Assembly (NCBI GenBank): GCA_050084985.1
Contig: JBITNC010000001.1
Span: 30,318,001 to 30,382,000, forward strand
DNA from: Nageia nagi
Lineage: Eukaryota; Plantae; Pinophyta
Length of the DNA stretch: 64,000 nt
Reading direction: 5' to 3'
Below, piece after piece: positions 24,385 to 39,577 of the stretch (position 1 is its first letter; each line of letters opens with the position of its first letter). The position numbers were made by a program, and so were the translations under genes. The notes beneath the pieces were generated by a model. It ran no database searches. It was not told where the DNA came from and was given only the letters and a program-made list of their open reading frames with translations.

Positions 24385-27300
24385 ATGGTTGAGACTAGGA
24401 GTTACCTTAGATCTAGAGCATGTGAGAAAGAGGAATGCAACTATTAGATAAATCAATCAATCCTCTTTTGTGTTTGCATGTATCCCATAGTTGATAATGT
24501 ACCCTTTATCATTCAACCCAACATGAGTCCATACATGCATCACCTCGCATCTATTTTAGTCATACATTAGAGAGATTTTATGTTTTTGAATCCACCCCTT
24601 GGTAGGAGGGGAGAGCTCATGTGATGCCTCATAGAGTTAGTTTGTATTAGATAGAGGGTCATATTTCTTTAGATCAACCTCTAGCACATCATCTAGTAGA
24701 TCATTCATAGGTTGACCCTTTTCATGTACCACAATATGAGACCAATCACTCTATACATCATCCTAGACCTAATTCTACTCACATTACCATTCATCTTAAG
24801 GGCCACAAATATCTCAGTGGGAGATGTTCATGAGTGATCTATTGGTCCAAACATTGTATAGGAATTTTTAGGAGGCACCTTTTTGGTCTATTAGATACCC
24901 CTAGTAGGGAAACCTCACCATATCTACCTCCCATTGTTAAGGTCACCTACTCTCAAATTCCTTAGCAAGAGGAAGAGGTAGAGGATGGTTATATGGATGA
25001 TGTCCCCATGTACCCCATCACTAGGTCTCATCCACTACATCCAACCATGTGATATATAGTCGATGAAGCACCTATGACAACATATCAAGAGGAACTTTTA
25101 TTGCACACTAAGAAACCTCCTCATATGAATGCATTACATGATCTACCCCCTCTTCACTCTAAAATAACCATGTTTAGGTCCTTATAGGGTCCTTCAGGTC
25201 CTCCTCTAGGTGGACCTCCTAAACCTCCACCTGTACTTCCTATCAATCCCATGCCACATGTTATCACTTTCTATAGGATGCCACCACCTCCACCTAATGA
25301 TTGGGTTGGATACTATTATAATGATTCATACCTTATACCTCAACCTAAGAGTTAGCATTTGTCTTACTTTTTGTGTGATCCTGAACCTTCACCTAATGGT
25401 ATTTCTCATCTTATGTGTTCCAGTATACCTCATGTTCTTGTATCACATTCATAGCTTGAAATTCCATCTAGAGTCATATGTTGTATCACATTCACAGCAT
25501 GCAATTCCATCTAGAGTCCATGTGGGGCATGGATGTCACTCCTACCTAAACAATCCACCACTAAAACTATATTATTCTTCCTCCTCTTATGTAGATGTGC
25601 CTTTATAATAATAAGTATACATGCATAATACCAAAGCTCATCCTCATGCATATGCTCATCCTAGATCCACCATACCCCATTATGATACTAGGTATGATGA
25701 ATCTTCTCATCATACCCAAGTGTTTTTGCTTGGACTACCTCAATTTTAGATTCACTATGAGTTGCAAGACTCTCATACTAGAGGGGTTTTAGATCAAAAT
25801 CCTTCACACATTAGATCTAAGGTGACCTTTGATACATGATAGTATGATCAATCATATGGGCAAGATCAAGATCCTTATTATGATGACTAGAATGGGTAAG
25901 ATGATGATCAACCCATTAGTTAAGTCCCAAAGCAATCACCTATTGTTAGTGCCCAACCTCCTAATGTAAATGATGAAATTTTGAAGAGGTTGGAGGATAT
26001 GGAACTTTGGATTAGTTATTAGGGGAAAGCTAATTTGTTGTACACTTCTATTTGTAATGAGCCATCCATCCAAGTGTTCCAATAAATACCTTTTCTTACA
26101 AATTTTAGATCCCAAAGATAGATAAGTTTAGAGGGAAAGAGGTTCCTAGAGATTATCTTAGATAGTTCAAATACTCTTGCTATATCATTAGTAATGATGA
26201 CATGCTTATGCTTAAGGCATTTTATAGATGCTTGTAGGCAAATATTTATATTGGTACAATAATCTTTTGTAGCATAGTATCTACTCCTTTTAATAGTTAG
26301 CTGATAAGTTCCTTGACCATTTTGCTTTAAACATACATCAGAGAGCATCTATCATGGACTTGGACAAGTTATCATAGTTTTATGATGAGTTCTATTTCAT
26401 ATTATGTATGTAGATGGAGGGCTATTATCAATCATATGCCACACACTCTACAACAAGCATATCTCCAAAAGCTACAACAAGCATATTTCTTCTATACTTA
26501 GGATTGAACAACATCATACTTATAAGGAGGTGTTAGCTCAAGCTATGTTGATAAAAGAGGACAAGGTTCAGGATGGTTAGATTAAACTTATAAAGAAGAA
26601 ATAAAATACTCCAAAGTATCATAATAATGGAAAAAATCCTAGTACTTTACATCAAAAATCATAAAGTAACCAAGTATCACATGATGTTCATTAGATACAA
26701 CCAATTGTTCAATTAGCTCCTTCATGGCCACACAGGACCAATCCACCTTTACAACCATAGGCATAAGAAAGACCTAGGTAGAATACAAATTAGAGTAATC
26801 AACAAGATGCTTATAGGTCTAGGTAACATCAATAGCAAGGACCACATAAACCTTGGAATCCTTTAGCTAAGCCTATTAAGGATGTTTTGAAGAAACATCT
26901 AGAGGCACCATTGGTTAATCTCACTAAAATAAAACATGAGGATCCTAATTGGAAAAAATTAGGTTGGTATAAATATAATGAGTACTAAATTTACTATTAG
27001 TAGAAAGGAAATGATACTAACAAATTGAATCAATTGAGGAATGTTATTCAAAGATTGATAGATAATGGGAAAGTATCAACTAGAAATCTAATGGTCCAAC
27101 CTAATAGAAATTTGAGTATCTTTTAGGATCTGTTGCTTGGTATAACAATAATGTCAATCATATCTTTGCATAGGTAATGCAATAGATTAATCATGGATAC
27201 AATCCTAGAAAGAATAATAAGTTAGTGTGTTTCAGTGATATAGAATTAAATTTTCCTTTTATGAGAGGCATTGATATAACCCCCAAATATGAGTTTAGGG

Positions 27301-30300
27301 GTATCATGGAACCACCTCCATCATATCATATTGTTGAGGTTCATGATAGCAACATGATTGGTGTGATAACTAGAATAGGTAGAGGTAATGATTAATCAAT
27401 TCCTCCTCCCCCTAGGGAAGTAAGAATTCAACAACCTTTACATCAGACTAGAGTTTAAATTTAGAATTAGGCTCCTAGATAAACCATGATTATAAAGGCT
27501 TAGTTAGAGTAGTAGCTTAGGACTACTCAATCAAAGCTCTCCCTATGGGATTTATTATAACAATCCCTCAAAAATAGTAATGATTTGAATAATAGCTTAA
27601 AATCAATTAAATTAGATAGTGATAACCCAAATTCATTTTGTTATTTTACAGGTATTTTTCAAAGTTCTACTAGACCTAGGATTACTTTCTTTCAATATGA
27701 GAGTCAATATCCTCCACCTAATAAGCCAAATCATATTTCTTTGTACATAGGAGCTTATATGGATTCTCATACCTCAATGTGAGTGTTGGTAGACAATGGG
27801 TCTACAATAAATGTTATATATTTGGTAGCACTTGAGAGACTTAAGGTTACTATCAAGTTTTTGAATGTTCTTACTCTCACTATTAGGGCTTTCAATAACA
27901 CTTTGGCCATAACCATGGGCATAATAATTATTCTAGTTAAGGTATGAGTTAGAGAAATAATAGCTACTTGTCATGTGGTAAAAGATAATATGCAGTATAA
28001 TTTGCTTTTGGGTCAACCATGGATAGAGGAAATGGAGGAAGTTCCCTCTACTTTACATGATGGAATATTCCATTGCATTATATATGATCTGGACCCCTTT
28101 AGCTACTATAACTTTATTTTCTCTCCTATGTCATCTTAGATGCCATGTGGACATCTTTTTCCTATCATGATTATTATGAATTATCATCCTAATCCCATGC
28201 AATCACATTCACAAGAACCTTCATCTTCAACTCTTTCATTAGTTTAGTTAGCTTCTTCTTCACAACCATATTTTTCATGTCCATATGGTGTAGATCTCTT
28301 TATATGTCATGATGGTAAATCCCTTAAGGATTAGATACATGTTGCTTCCACTCATCAAACCTCATCCATGCCCATCAATAGAAAATATTGACCATATTAT
28401 CATTTAGTACCTCTACCTAGTTAATTCCATTTATCTTCATCATATATTGTATATGATTTTTTATAAGAAGGTGATCCCTCTTCCTCTTTAATTGGTCTCG
28501 ATCCTCCTAACTAATAGCTTGTAAATATTGTCATTTCACCACCATTTGATCTCATTAAGTATGAATATATTGTAAAGGGGTAATATCTTATAAATAATGT
28601 TCTTTTTCATATCCCCTCTATAGGAGACTTGGGGAGACCTCAAGAATCCTCACTTGCTCTAGGCTCTATCATCCCATTAGGTTCATGTCCTAACTAATCT
28701 TTCTTTGTTTACATGGGTAGAGACTTACCCTAGGACATTCCCCTTAAGCATCATCTTAAGAAGAAATTTTATGCTAAAATACAATATCTATCATGTCCTT
28801 ATTTAGTGCATGGACTCTTTGTTAAATGGAAATGGTAGGAATATGGCATAGGAAAATTTGAGCAAGGGCAAGTTTATGCTTTTACTATTCCTTTACAATC
28901 CAATCAAGATAAACATAGTCTAGGGCATCATGGTCCTAAGATTAAACTTCTAAAAAAGAAATTTTCACATCTTAATCTTCTAGAAGAGGAGGTATTGCAT
29001 GATGATGAGCATCATATAAACTTATATTTTCTTCCATCTAGTCCTCATGCTTCAAAGTGTTCCATCTTGGTTGATTTCATTCACAAGCTCTCATGTGATT
29101 TCACCTTTGATTTTTTGATGGTTTTCCTTGATGTTTTATTGTCTTTCATCCCTTTCTTGGATTGTAATTTGAAAAACTCTATCAATCCTTTACCCATGGA
29201 TTTCTCTTCCCATTTTTTGGATCCTTCTCTTGTTTTGAGTGATGTGTCTCTTTCTCTTGATTTCTTTGATGAAGTTGATTCATCAATTCTAGCTTCCTTC
29301 ATCAATAATTTAGAAAAATATGATAATATTTACCTTCTAATATTTAAACAACTAGAGAATTAATCCCATATGCACTTACAAAAAGTCAATTGAAATAATT
29401 ATCAGTGAGGACCCCACAAATGCAAAGATAGTCTATTTAGGGGATATTTTAGATAAAGCAGAAAGGGATAAAGCCATGACCATACTAAAAATGTATGCCA
29501 AGGTATTTTCCTTTGGTTATCAAGATATGCCTAACATGGATCCGAATGTCATAGTCTATAAAATTATCACTCATTTAGATGCTAAGCCAATCAAGAAGAA
29601 GCTTAGAAAGGTCAACTCATTATAGTCACTTCAAATCAAGGATAAGATTCATAAGCTTTTAGATGCCAATTTCATTAGTTTTATAGATTAGCCATGGTGT
29701 GCTTCTAACAAGGTTCCTATAGACATGCCTAGCGATTGTATTAGGGTCTACTCATATTTTAAGGATCTAAATGTGGCTTATCCTAAGGATGACTTCCAGT
29801 TACCCAAGATCAGCACATTGGTTGATAACACATAAGGATATGAGATGCTATCACTCATGGATAGTTTCTTAGGTTACAATTAGATTTAGGCTACCCCCTA
29901 GGATCAACATGAGACAACATTCACTACACCATGGGGAACTTTCTATTGCAAGGTTATGCCATTTGGACTTAAGAATGCTAGTGCCACATATCAACATCCT
30001 ATGAATTATGTGTTCCATGATATGATGCATGATATTATGGAGGACTATGTAGATGATTTGCTATCCAAGTAAAGAAACCGATACCAATAGTGGGAAGTGA
30101 TAGAGAGATTCTTCAAGTGATTACTAAAATACAACATCAGATTAAATTCTAAGAAATGTATTTTTGGTATCACATTAGGCAAACTCCTAGGATTCATCAT
30201 TTCTAAAAAAGGTATAGAGGTTGACCCTAAGAAAGTGACTGCCATTACAAGCATGCCTCTACCACAGGATGTCAAGACCTTCAAAAGCCTTCAAGGTAAG

Positions 30301-32717
30301 ATCCAGGCCATTAGGAGATTCATAGCTCAATTAGGAAACAAGAGTAGACCATTTAACAAGCTCCTTAAGAAGGGGGTACAATTCAACTAGAATGAGAGTT
30401 ATTAGTGAGCTTTCAATGACATCAAACAATATCTACTTAATCCTTGAGTCCTTATTCCTACTAAAGATAATGTAACCTTTTATGTATATCTTTTAGCTAC
30501 TAATTTCACACTAGGATTCATGTTAACCTAGAAGAACAAGCAAGGAAAGGAGCAGGCTATCTATTACTTAGTCACACACTTGTGGATTATGTACTTAGGT
30601 ATGTTTATATTGAAAAGGTCTTCCTTATAGTTATGTTTACTACTAAGGACCTTGGTAATTATATGTTAAATCACACCACTTATGTGATTTCTAGATTCAA
30701 TCCATTGAAATATATCATTAGCAAGGCATACCATAATATGCGCACTACCAAGTCGATCATGTTTCTTTCAAAGTTTGACTTAGTGTTTATCAACGAAAAT
30801 TCAATCAAAGGTTAGGTCATAGTAGATCAATTGGCAGAGGAACCCATTCATTCTACTACCCCTCTTGACATCATCCTCCTTGATGAATATGTATTCAAGA
30901 ATGACAAGATTGACAAAGTAGTAGATACCCAAGAGGACTATAATATTACTATGTAGTTTGGTGGTTTGAGATTTGAATAAGGGGGAGGGTTTGGAATTAT
31001 TTTCTTTAATTCTTAAGGGATCCCTATCCCATATTATTTCAAACTTGACTTACCATGCACCAATAATGATGTAGAATATGGTGCATTGATCTTAGGACTT
31101 AAGATAATCATTGAGCTAAAATTTGAAAGAATGCTCATTTATGGAGATTCTAATTAATAGTCAATCAGATTATTGAAATCTATCAATATCATAATGAGAT
31201 TATAAAGGCTTATTGAGATATGGCATTGTGATTACTAAAATGGTTTAAATTCTATAAGATTGAGATGACCCCCTAATCATCTAATAGGTTTACTAACGCC
31301 ATGGCATCTTTAGGATCACTTATTCCTCCCAATCATTATTGACATATTCAACATGTAGAGATAGTGACTTTGAAGGAATCTACCCTTAAGGCATCATTAC
31401 CTCAATATCTAACTTCAGTGTCAATTAATGAGATCACTATTGAACCATGTGACCTATGGTACAAGCAATTGCATGAGTATCTAAAGTGGAATGTCATACC
31501 TCCCAACTTATCTGTATGTGAAAAATGAATGTTTAATCCAAAGGCATCCCACTACACCATATTAGGAGATGTGGTCTACAAATAATCATATGATAGAGTC
31601 CTCCTATGATACTTAGAACTCTGTGACCAATATATCACCATGTAAACTTATCATGATGGCATATATGGTGGTCACTTTAATGGAACTGCTATCACCAAAC
31701 ATATTCTTAAGATGGGGTATTATTGACCTACCATGAAATGATACAGTCAAGAATATATCAAGAAATGTATATAAGTGTCAGCAACATTCTCATTTGTAAC
31801 ATCTACTACCTTAGGCACTTAACCCTATTTAGTCAATGTGGGCTTTTACATAGTGGGGATTATATATTATAGGGAAATTTGTACCTCACTCTTTAGGTGG
31901 ATATAAGTTCATCATCACTATGATAAAATATTTCACCAAGTGGGTCAAGGTTAATCCACTTGTGTCTACCATAGTTCCCAAGATTACCAACTTCATTGAC
32001 ACTCATATTATTTATAGGTTTAGCATTTTGCATAAGATTATATCAGATAATGGGTTATGTTTCAATAATAAACATGTGAGATCATTGTGTAATGGTTATA
32101 CTATCCATCATTCTTTCTCTACATTGTATTATCCCTAAGCTAATGATTAGGTAGAAGTATTCAATAAGATTATTGTCATGATCTTGAAAAAGGTGGTTAA
32201 TGATAACTAATGAAATTGGTATGAGTGTCTCCCCTATGCCTTATAGTCCTATCGCACTAGTATTAGGATGTCTATAGGGGCCACCCCTTTTTCACTAGTT
32301 TATGGTGAAAAAGTAATCAAACCTCTCAAATTAGAGATCCCATCTTTGAGAATCTAGCTCTAGGGCCTCATTCCAGGTGAGGATGCTATACAAGCATATT
32401 TAGGTCATCTCATGCTTATTGATGGGATATGTGTTAAAACTATTCAACATCATAAAGTATATCAAGAATTATTTAAGTGTGTGTATAACAAGAAGGTCAT
32501 ACCTAGAGAATTTGAGATTGGTAACTTGGTACTTAAAGAGAATCAACAACAATCACACATTAAGAGACCTCTTCAAGATAAGTTTGTATTTAATTGGTTA
32601 GGGCCTTATATAGTTAAGAAGAAATTCACCATAGGTGCCTACTATTTATCAGATTTAGAAGGATATGAAGAGTTAGAGCCTATTAACATTATCCATCCTT
32701 ATCCATTCTATGCTTAG
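24385..32717 (+). pseudogene. gag-pol of element Y (many stops/frameshifts)
   Basis: MVETRS start 24385; protease VLVDNGS 27783; G-patch-like YGIGKFEQG ~28843; RT VMPFGLKNA ~29953 and YVDD 30046-30057; additional RNase H CTNNDVEYGAL ~31057 and IYGDS ~31138; integrase IISDNG ~32038; WLGPY ~32595; stop 32717. Confidence 0.93.
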
Positions 32718-35449
32718 TATTTGCCTTAATTATCTTTATTTGTTCATACTTGATTATCAATTTAATTTGTTTGATATTGCATATCATTTTTTCATATTTG
32801 ACTTTTTTATCATAGCATGTCATCTTGTTCTAGTCGATCACTCATCCTACACTAAGTGCCAAGGGATGTATTATGTGCATTTATTCTCTTGGGCTTATGT
32901 GTATATCACCTTCTTCTTATTTCATTTTTTATTATGTCATTGGGATTTGATACTTAATTGGTTCTCCATTTTTAGTATCATCCTACCTTATTTTGGTTTC
33001 CTGGAGACCACCAGTTTCTCATCTCTATATCACACATTATTCCTTACATCATTCTATCTTTCTATATTTTTTCATCACCTTCCATTTGTCATTTTATTTT
33101 CATCACCCTTGGTTCTTGTTTAGGTTGATATTGTTGGATATTATCTTCATTATACGATGAAGAAAGCACAATCCTAGACATGAGTGGAAGTCATTCCTAA
33201 AATGACCTAGCTTGACCATTTTTGTTGTCCTACCATTTTCTTATATTTTCATTTGTAGTTGTGTTTGTTTGTCTTGTTTGTTGTGTTGGGTTCTTTGTAT
33301 CCTACTTATATAAAGATCACATCCTTGACATTTTCACTTATATTACTTGTCAAAATATATGATCCATGATCTCTTGATGATGAAACAACCACTTGGGTCT
33401 TAGTAAAAATATCAAGTTTCCTTAAAATCATTCCCTTGGGATTGATCATAAACTATTGACTAGCATGGTTTCTAAGGAAAATACCATATGAAAATATCAT
33501 GATTGATGACATGGATGAACTAGCCTTAATGTTGTATTATTATTCATCTTCATCATTTTATGTAAATTGGTATTCCTTTAGTTTATTTGATCCTTTATAG
33601 TTATTTTGATATCATGTTTGTGATCATTTCATGCCTTTAGCACATTTAATTTGATTTCATCATGTTCATATCTTTTACCATTTTATCAAAATTATGTTTT
33701 GTTTAGATTTTTGATAACTAGGAAAACCATGTTAGTTTGATAAATGGTTTATTTCTCTCACTTCATGTTCATACCAATATCCCTAGAAAGTCAGTTTCAT
33801 CCACTGTGTATCACATTTCACCCATTTTTTAAAGCTCATAATTGGTGACCCTTTGCCCACGTGCACACGATCACCATAGCATATTGATTTGCATCACATT
33901 ATGGTCCTGAGCTATAAATTATTCATATATTACTTCATTAGGTCATATTATATCATGTCATATCATTTTGAGTCATTACATAACCATCTCTTCATTCATT
34001 TTGGTTCAAGGATAAAGCTCATGAAATTTAGTACCCTAAAAAGTTGGGTTCAATTTCATGATTTTACATAACATAAATTGTGTATGTTTTTAAATCCATT
34101 AGTTTCTCATCCATAATTAATCTAAATTCAGTTAGCATGTCAAGTTTTGTATACTAACTCCATCATTTAGTTAGTTTTTGCAAGCCATTTGTTAGGCTAC
34201 TTGTAACAGTACACTTTTAGTGAGCATTAAAGGGTTATCACCTTGGGCCAAGTAGTATTTCATTTTAGTTTTGAAAATAATCCAAACAACCCCTATTTTT
34301 TAAGCCATTTGATCTTGTAGTTATATCATAGTACTATCTACCATATCATCAAGCTACTTCATCAAAATGTTAGCATGGGTGCTAGTTATCGATTGTCAAA
34401 GTTCATAATTTTTCACTTTTTCAAAACTGTTAATTTTGTATCAGCCTTATTTTGGTCCAATTCAGTTGCATCCTAGTGGCATCTTGTTAGGGTTCTTGTT
34501 TATTTCAATTATAGTTGGCACAAATTGAGTACTTAGACAGGGTTGTTAGGACATGTGCCCTACCTCATTTTGCATGCTATCATGGCAAACTTTTAGTAGC
34601 ATCCTAGCTTGTTTTATTAACATTTTACATGTTGGTTTATTATTATTTTGAGTTCATTACGTTCACATTATTTATTTTTTGATCTTCTTATCTTTTTATA
34701 TTTTTTATCTTTTTATTCCATATGTATTGTTTGAACTTATTATCTTTTTTATGGCTTTATCTTTCATCATTTGTTATTGTTTGATTTTTATGGTTTATCT
34801 TCATTATCATTGAGGGTACTATTTGATTTTATTATGAATTTAATATCTTACTTATCGTATTCTTATCTTGTTTACATTATTTTTCTTTTTCTTATCTTTT
34901 AGGTGTGTTTAATTATCATTACATTGTCTTGCTAATCATTTTATTATCTTTTGTTGTCTTAGGATTAGGGTTCATTAATACTTATCATTTAATGTTTGTT
35001 ATCTATTGGTGTTTAAGTATACATGTTCATTTTTGCAATTTGTGATTATGCATACAAGTTCATTTTATTCCATGTGTCTTTTGTGTGCATTTAGGGTTGA
35101 TTTTAGGCTACATTCATTCATAAAGTGTATAAACATAAATACATATAGTATCTCATACATAAGTATATCCATACAACATAAGCATTCATCTCATAAATTC
35201 ATAAACATTCAAAAATATAGTCAAAAGCATATCACATTGCATACATCCATACACATCCATAAAATATTCAAAATATGTACCTCATATAGCATCAAACATA
35301 TAGGTTCATCCATACAACTCATAAATAAAATCCATGCATCGATCATGTTATAGAACATACATCCATAAAATATATAAAACTACATAGCAATGTCGATATA
35401 CATAGTCTTGCATATAAATGTATGTCCCAAAAATATATATATTGTATGT

Positions 35450-37400
35450 ACTAGGGTGTCAAAAATACATTATACAATGGTCACATAGTCATGACCCCTA
35501 TGGAATGGGGTCATCATGCCTCTTATGTCTGCTAAGGGGAGAGTTAGTCTCCCCCTATCCCTTGGTTGAAGCCCCTGATGGGTTTTTCTCTATGAACACT
35601 CCACTCTATCCCACTAATGGAGGAGTTATGAAAATTTTATCTACAACCTATGATATGGCTCATCTCATAGGCCCTCCAATGTTGGTCCCTACCTCCCTTA
35701 TCATCTTTATCTCGATGGCTATGGTTATCTATGTAGTCATCCTCTATAGTGGTGTGGGTTGTTGTACTAAGTGCCCCTTATGATTCTAACTCTAAGAGAC
35801 ACTCTTAGATATGTTTCACATGATGGATGTTATCCTTAAAGCCTCCAAACCCATCAATATCAAATTTGTCTCTATTAGCTAGCATCACTAGGCTAACACC
35901 TTGACTGTCACCCTATCTAAGTTATCTAGGGCATGTTATAGCTTTCTTGCTACATCCCCTTATCCTAATAGGCTCTATCCCCCTAATCCTATCACCATCC
36001 TAGTGAACTATGCCTCTATTTGTGTGTCCATGTTGACCACCACCTATAGTATGCCCTCTTCTAACCTTATCTAGAGTACATTAGTCTATATGCTGACCTT
36101 AATATCTAGGCCCAGACCATCCTCTACTCATTCTTGTAGTACATCTCTCTCCTTGTCCATTGCTATAAATACTATCAAAAGTATTTGCATATCCCCTAGG
36201 AATGTCCTTACCTATCCCTATGGTAATCTAATATGTTCATCTATTGCTTTATCCCCTTACTTAATCATGACCTATCCCTATATGATGTTGACCAGTCCCT
36301 TTGTTGTCACCCATTCTCTACCATTAGCTATACTTGCATGGCATATATCTATGCTTACCATGGTATTGGGTTAGCCTCTCATTTATGAAGGTCCATGATC
36401 ATATCTATAGAATCTCTTGGGGGTGCCACTTAGGAGTCTCAAACTTGATGTCCTACTCTCCTTATTATCGATTGATCTAGCATATTTGTGTCCATGGTAG
36501 GATCACCCTAGTCCTATATTTTCTCATCCTAGGCATCCTCATCATTCCTATTTCCCTCCTCATCTTTTTCCTACTCCTCCTTGACCTCTTCCTCCTCTGT
36601 TCTTGGACCTACACCTCCCTCTAGCACCCATAAGTACATTGATGCTAATGACCCTTTCCTCTCTACCACTATCTAAGATGGTAACAAATCCCTCTAAGGG
36701 ACCCACTATGAATCATATGTGGGGGTGGTCCTTGTGTCATTTACTACCACTCTTACCACTGGGTCATTTGACTCCACATAGGTTAATCTCAAATGTGCTT
36801 GAGCCTCTCAATCAATCCTGCCATATAGCACTAGGTATGGGGGATGTCTTGCACTAGCCCATGCTACCTCTATAACTTCTTGAAGTAGAATATCTCAACA
36901 TATTAGATGTTACACCCTCTAACATGGCACATCCACCTTACCTATGCTATTTTTGCATCTTTCCCAACCCATTATAGTCTTCCTAGGTATGGCTAGAAGA
37001 TCAAATCCTATAGTTGTAGTCCTAGTAGAATTTATTGATGCCACCTTATTTTCCCCTCATGGGGGCATCATCTAGGCCTCTCTCTCTCTTGTGTTCCTAA
37101 TTCCTTGTCTAGGGGAATTTTAGGCCTATCACTAGTGGTATGTCTCTGATCATATCTATTATGTGGATTATTATATGTAGTCCATTAAATCTCCTTGGCT
37201 GAATATGCTCCCAAGCCCATACCTAAAGAAGTAGTGAGGTGTTTAGACATCTCCTCCCACATGCCATAACCACAAACTCATTATTTATCTATGCTAGTAA
37301 GGCTAGCAACTAATTAAAAATTATGTTATCCTACACCATATGAGTGATGATGTTGAACATGTTCCAAGGGAATCTGGATCTCAAGGAATTTGGTAGGATG
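35450..37400 (-). pseudogene. Antisense PMD (MAIN/MAIL-like) ORF remnant of element Y
   Basis: Minus-strand LL*VWAWEHI (~37232-37202) and R*HGLVQDIP (~36870-36840), followed by acidic and coiled-coil-like sequence. Boundaries approximate. Confidence 0.7.
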
Positions 37401-39577
37401 AAGGATGAGATTAGCAACATCACCATCACCTCCTAACATCCTAGTTAGCTATATTTATAGAGGGGCATTATAAGCACTCCTTCATTACTTTATCTATCAT
37501 AATTGTAATTTGATCACCCTCTAAGGGTACCCATAGTATCCTATATATGTCTTCAAGTGTCACCATCGTATCCCCTATTAGAAGCATGAAAGTGCGCCTA
37601 ACTAGATTAAATCACTCTTTAAGTGCAATCATGTATGAGGTATCTCCTTTGATAGGGAGAATCTTGGTGGATTCAAAAAGCCCAACCACCTCTAGTCAAT
37701 CCTAATTTTCCTAGGTTAGTGTCACTCATACCTCAGTCCATAAAGGTTTAAAATTATACTTGAGTTTTATTTGGTACAAGTTTTGAGGTTTGTGAGTCTT
37801 AATTAGTCAATTTTGCATTATCTATTTCTAAGTTAGTTATCTCTATGTCTATGTTAGTTCTACATGTTTCTTAGTATGCATATTTGCAGTTACATGTAAG
37901 TTCATATTTTTGTTTTTTAGTTTGTTCGATATCAATCAAAATTATTCTTATTAAGGGTGACTAGTTTAACCTAGTCATGTAGGTTTTAAATGACTAGTCC
38001 AATCACCTACATGATCTATCTAGTCATCCTTGACCCATATGATCCTTAAGTCAGGTCATCCCAAGTGAGGATAATTCATAGTCAATCTAAATAGAAAAAA
38101 ATAAAAACCAAAATTTTAACATAAATATATAAATATTAACATTACAAAAAAAAGGTTATTTGAAAGCATTTTAGATGTGTTTAAGCATATTAACATTGCA
38201 AACTCTATAACCTTTGTTAACATTCTTCCATTGTGTGTCACCCTAGAAGCCCTAAGGGAAGTATGGACATTTTGCTAGCGATTCCTTATGAAGTGGTCCT
38301 CCCCCTAATCTTGGTGCTACTTCCATGACTATTTTAATTCTCCATGTGGTCTTCTCCCAACAAATAATGAGTGTAAATGGTCCAAAAATTCCAACCAATC
38401 AGTCTCCTTCCAATAGTACAAAGCCTAAATAGTTCATAAGTCATTTTCAAATGGACACATCAAAGCCTCTTTTCACTTTTTATTTTTTATTTTTACCTTG
38501 ATTAGATCATCCAAGCAATCCTAGATTATTTGGATGATTCTCTAAACCCTAGTCACCAAGATGACCCTAAAGTCATCCAAATGATTTGATCTATCTTAGT
38601 CTCATATTGTAAACCTTTTATCATGATCATCATTTTCTATCCCATTTAGTAAAATGATCAAGCGTCTAACCTTGTCATCCATCACATCTCCTTGTTTGAG
38701 GGTGAGAGCTTTACACATGGTTTAAAATTGCTCAAAATATTACCATTCTTGAAAGGTATAATTTGACTTCATTAGGGCATCTCAGATGCATGGTAAACCT
38801 TTTTTGCATCTTGAGTATGTTTTGGACAATTATTAGCTTGACATGATTGATTGGTGATCAACATACTCAAACTTCATCATTTTTTATTTTATCTTTTTGG
38901 TATAAGTATCATATGCCTACATGTTATAGGCCAATGCTTGGTACGTCTACAAGCCTAAAATCATTTTCTTTCAACTATTGGGGCAAATAAGAGATCATTT
39001 GGTACATTTTCAAGTGTCATAGGCTTGCATGATATGGTTTAATGCTTGGTAGGTCTACCAACCTATGATCTTTCCCTTCGATTGCTAGGGAAAAGCAAAT
39101 TCATACACCCTTAAACTACTAAGGTAAAATAGAGATCATTTACTTTCATGCTACCCTTCAACTTCTAGGGCAAAGCAAAGATCATTTCCCTTTTTAGATG
39201 TAGATTAGACTAGAATAGATTAGATTAGATTAGATAAAAATATTGATTTATTTTTCTAGAGATTACTTAATCCACTTGTTAGATTTTCTCAAAGGTTATT
39301 ATCATGAGGTCCAATTCCATCTTATATGTCTTTTCATGTGCTAAAACTAGATTTAGTTAGATCCTCATGATGCTTGAATCAATATTATATGGCTTGTCAT
39401 GCACTATAAGTAGACTCAATTTGAGTGATTGAGATGATATTATATGGCCTATCATGCACCAAAATTAGCTCTCATCCTGATCATTTTGCTATCATTTATA
39501 ATTTTATCAATTTACGATTTAACATATTTTGTACTTAGCTTCTCATAGGTTTGAATATGAGCACAAAAAGGGGCAAC

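Noticed and set aside
32710-35353. Hydrophobic ORFs 32710-33123 and 35006-35353 as env-like genes
   Set aside because: Explained by T-rich or CAT-rich low-complexity 3' UTR composition; no motifs.
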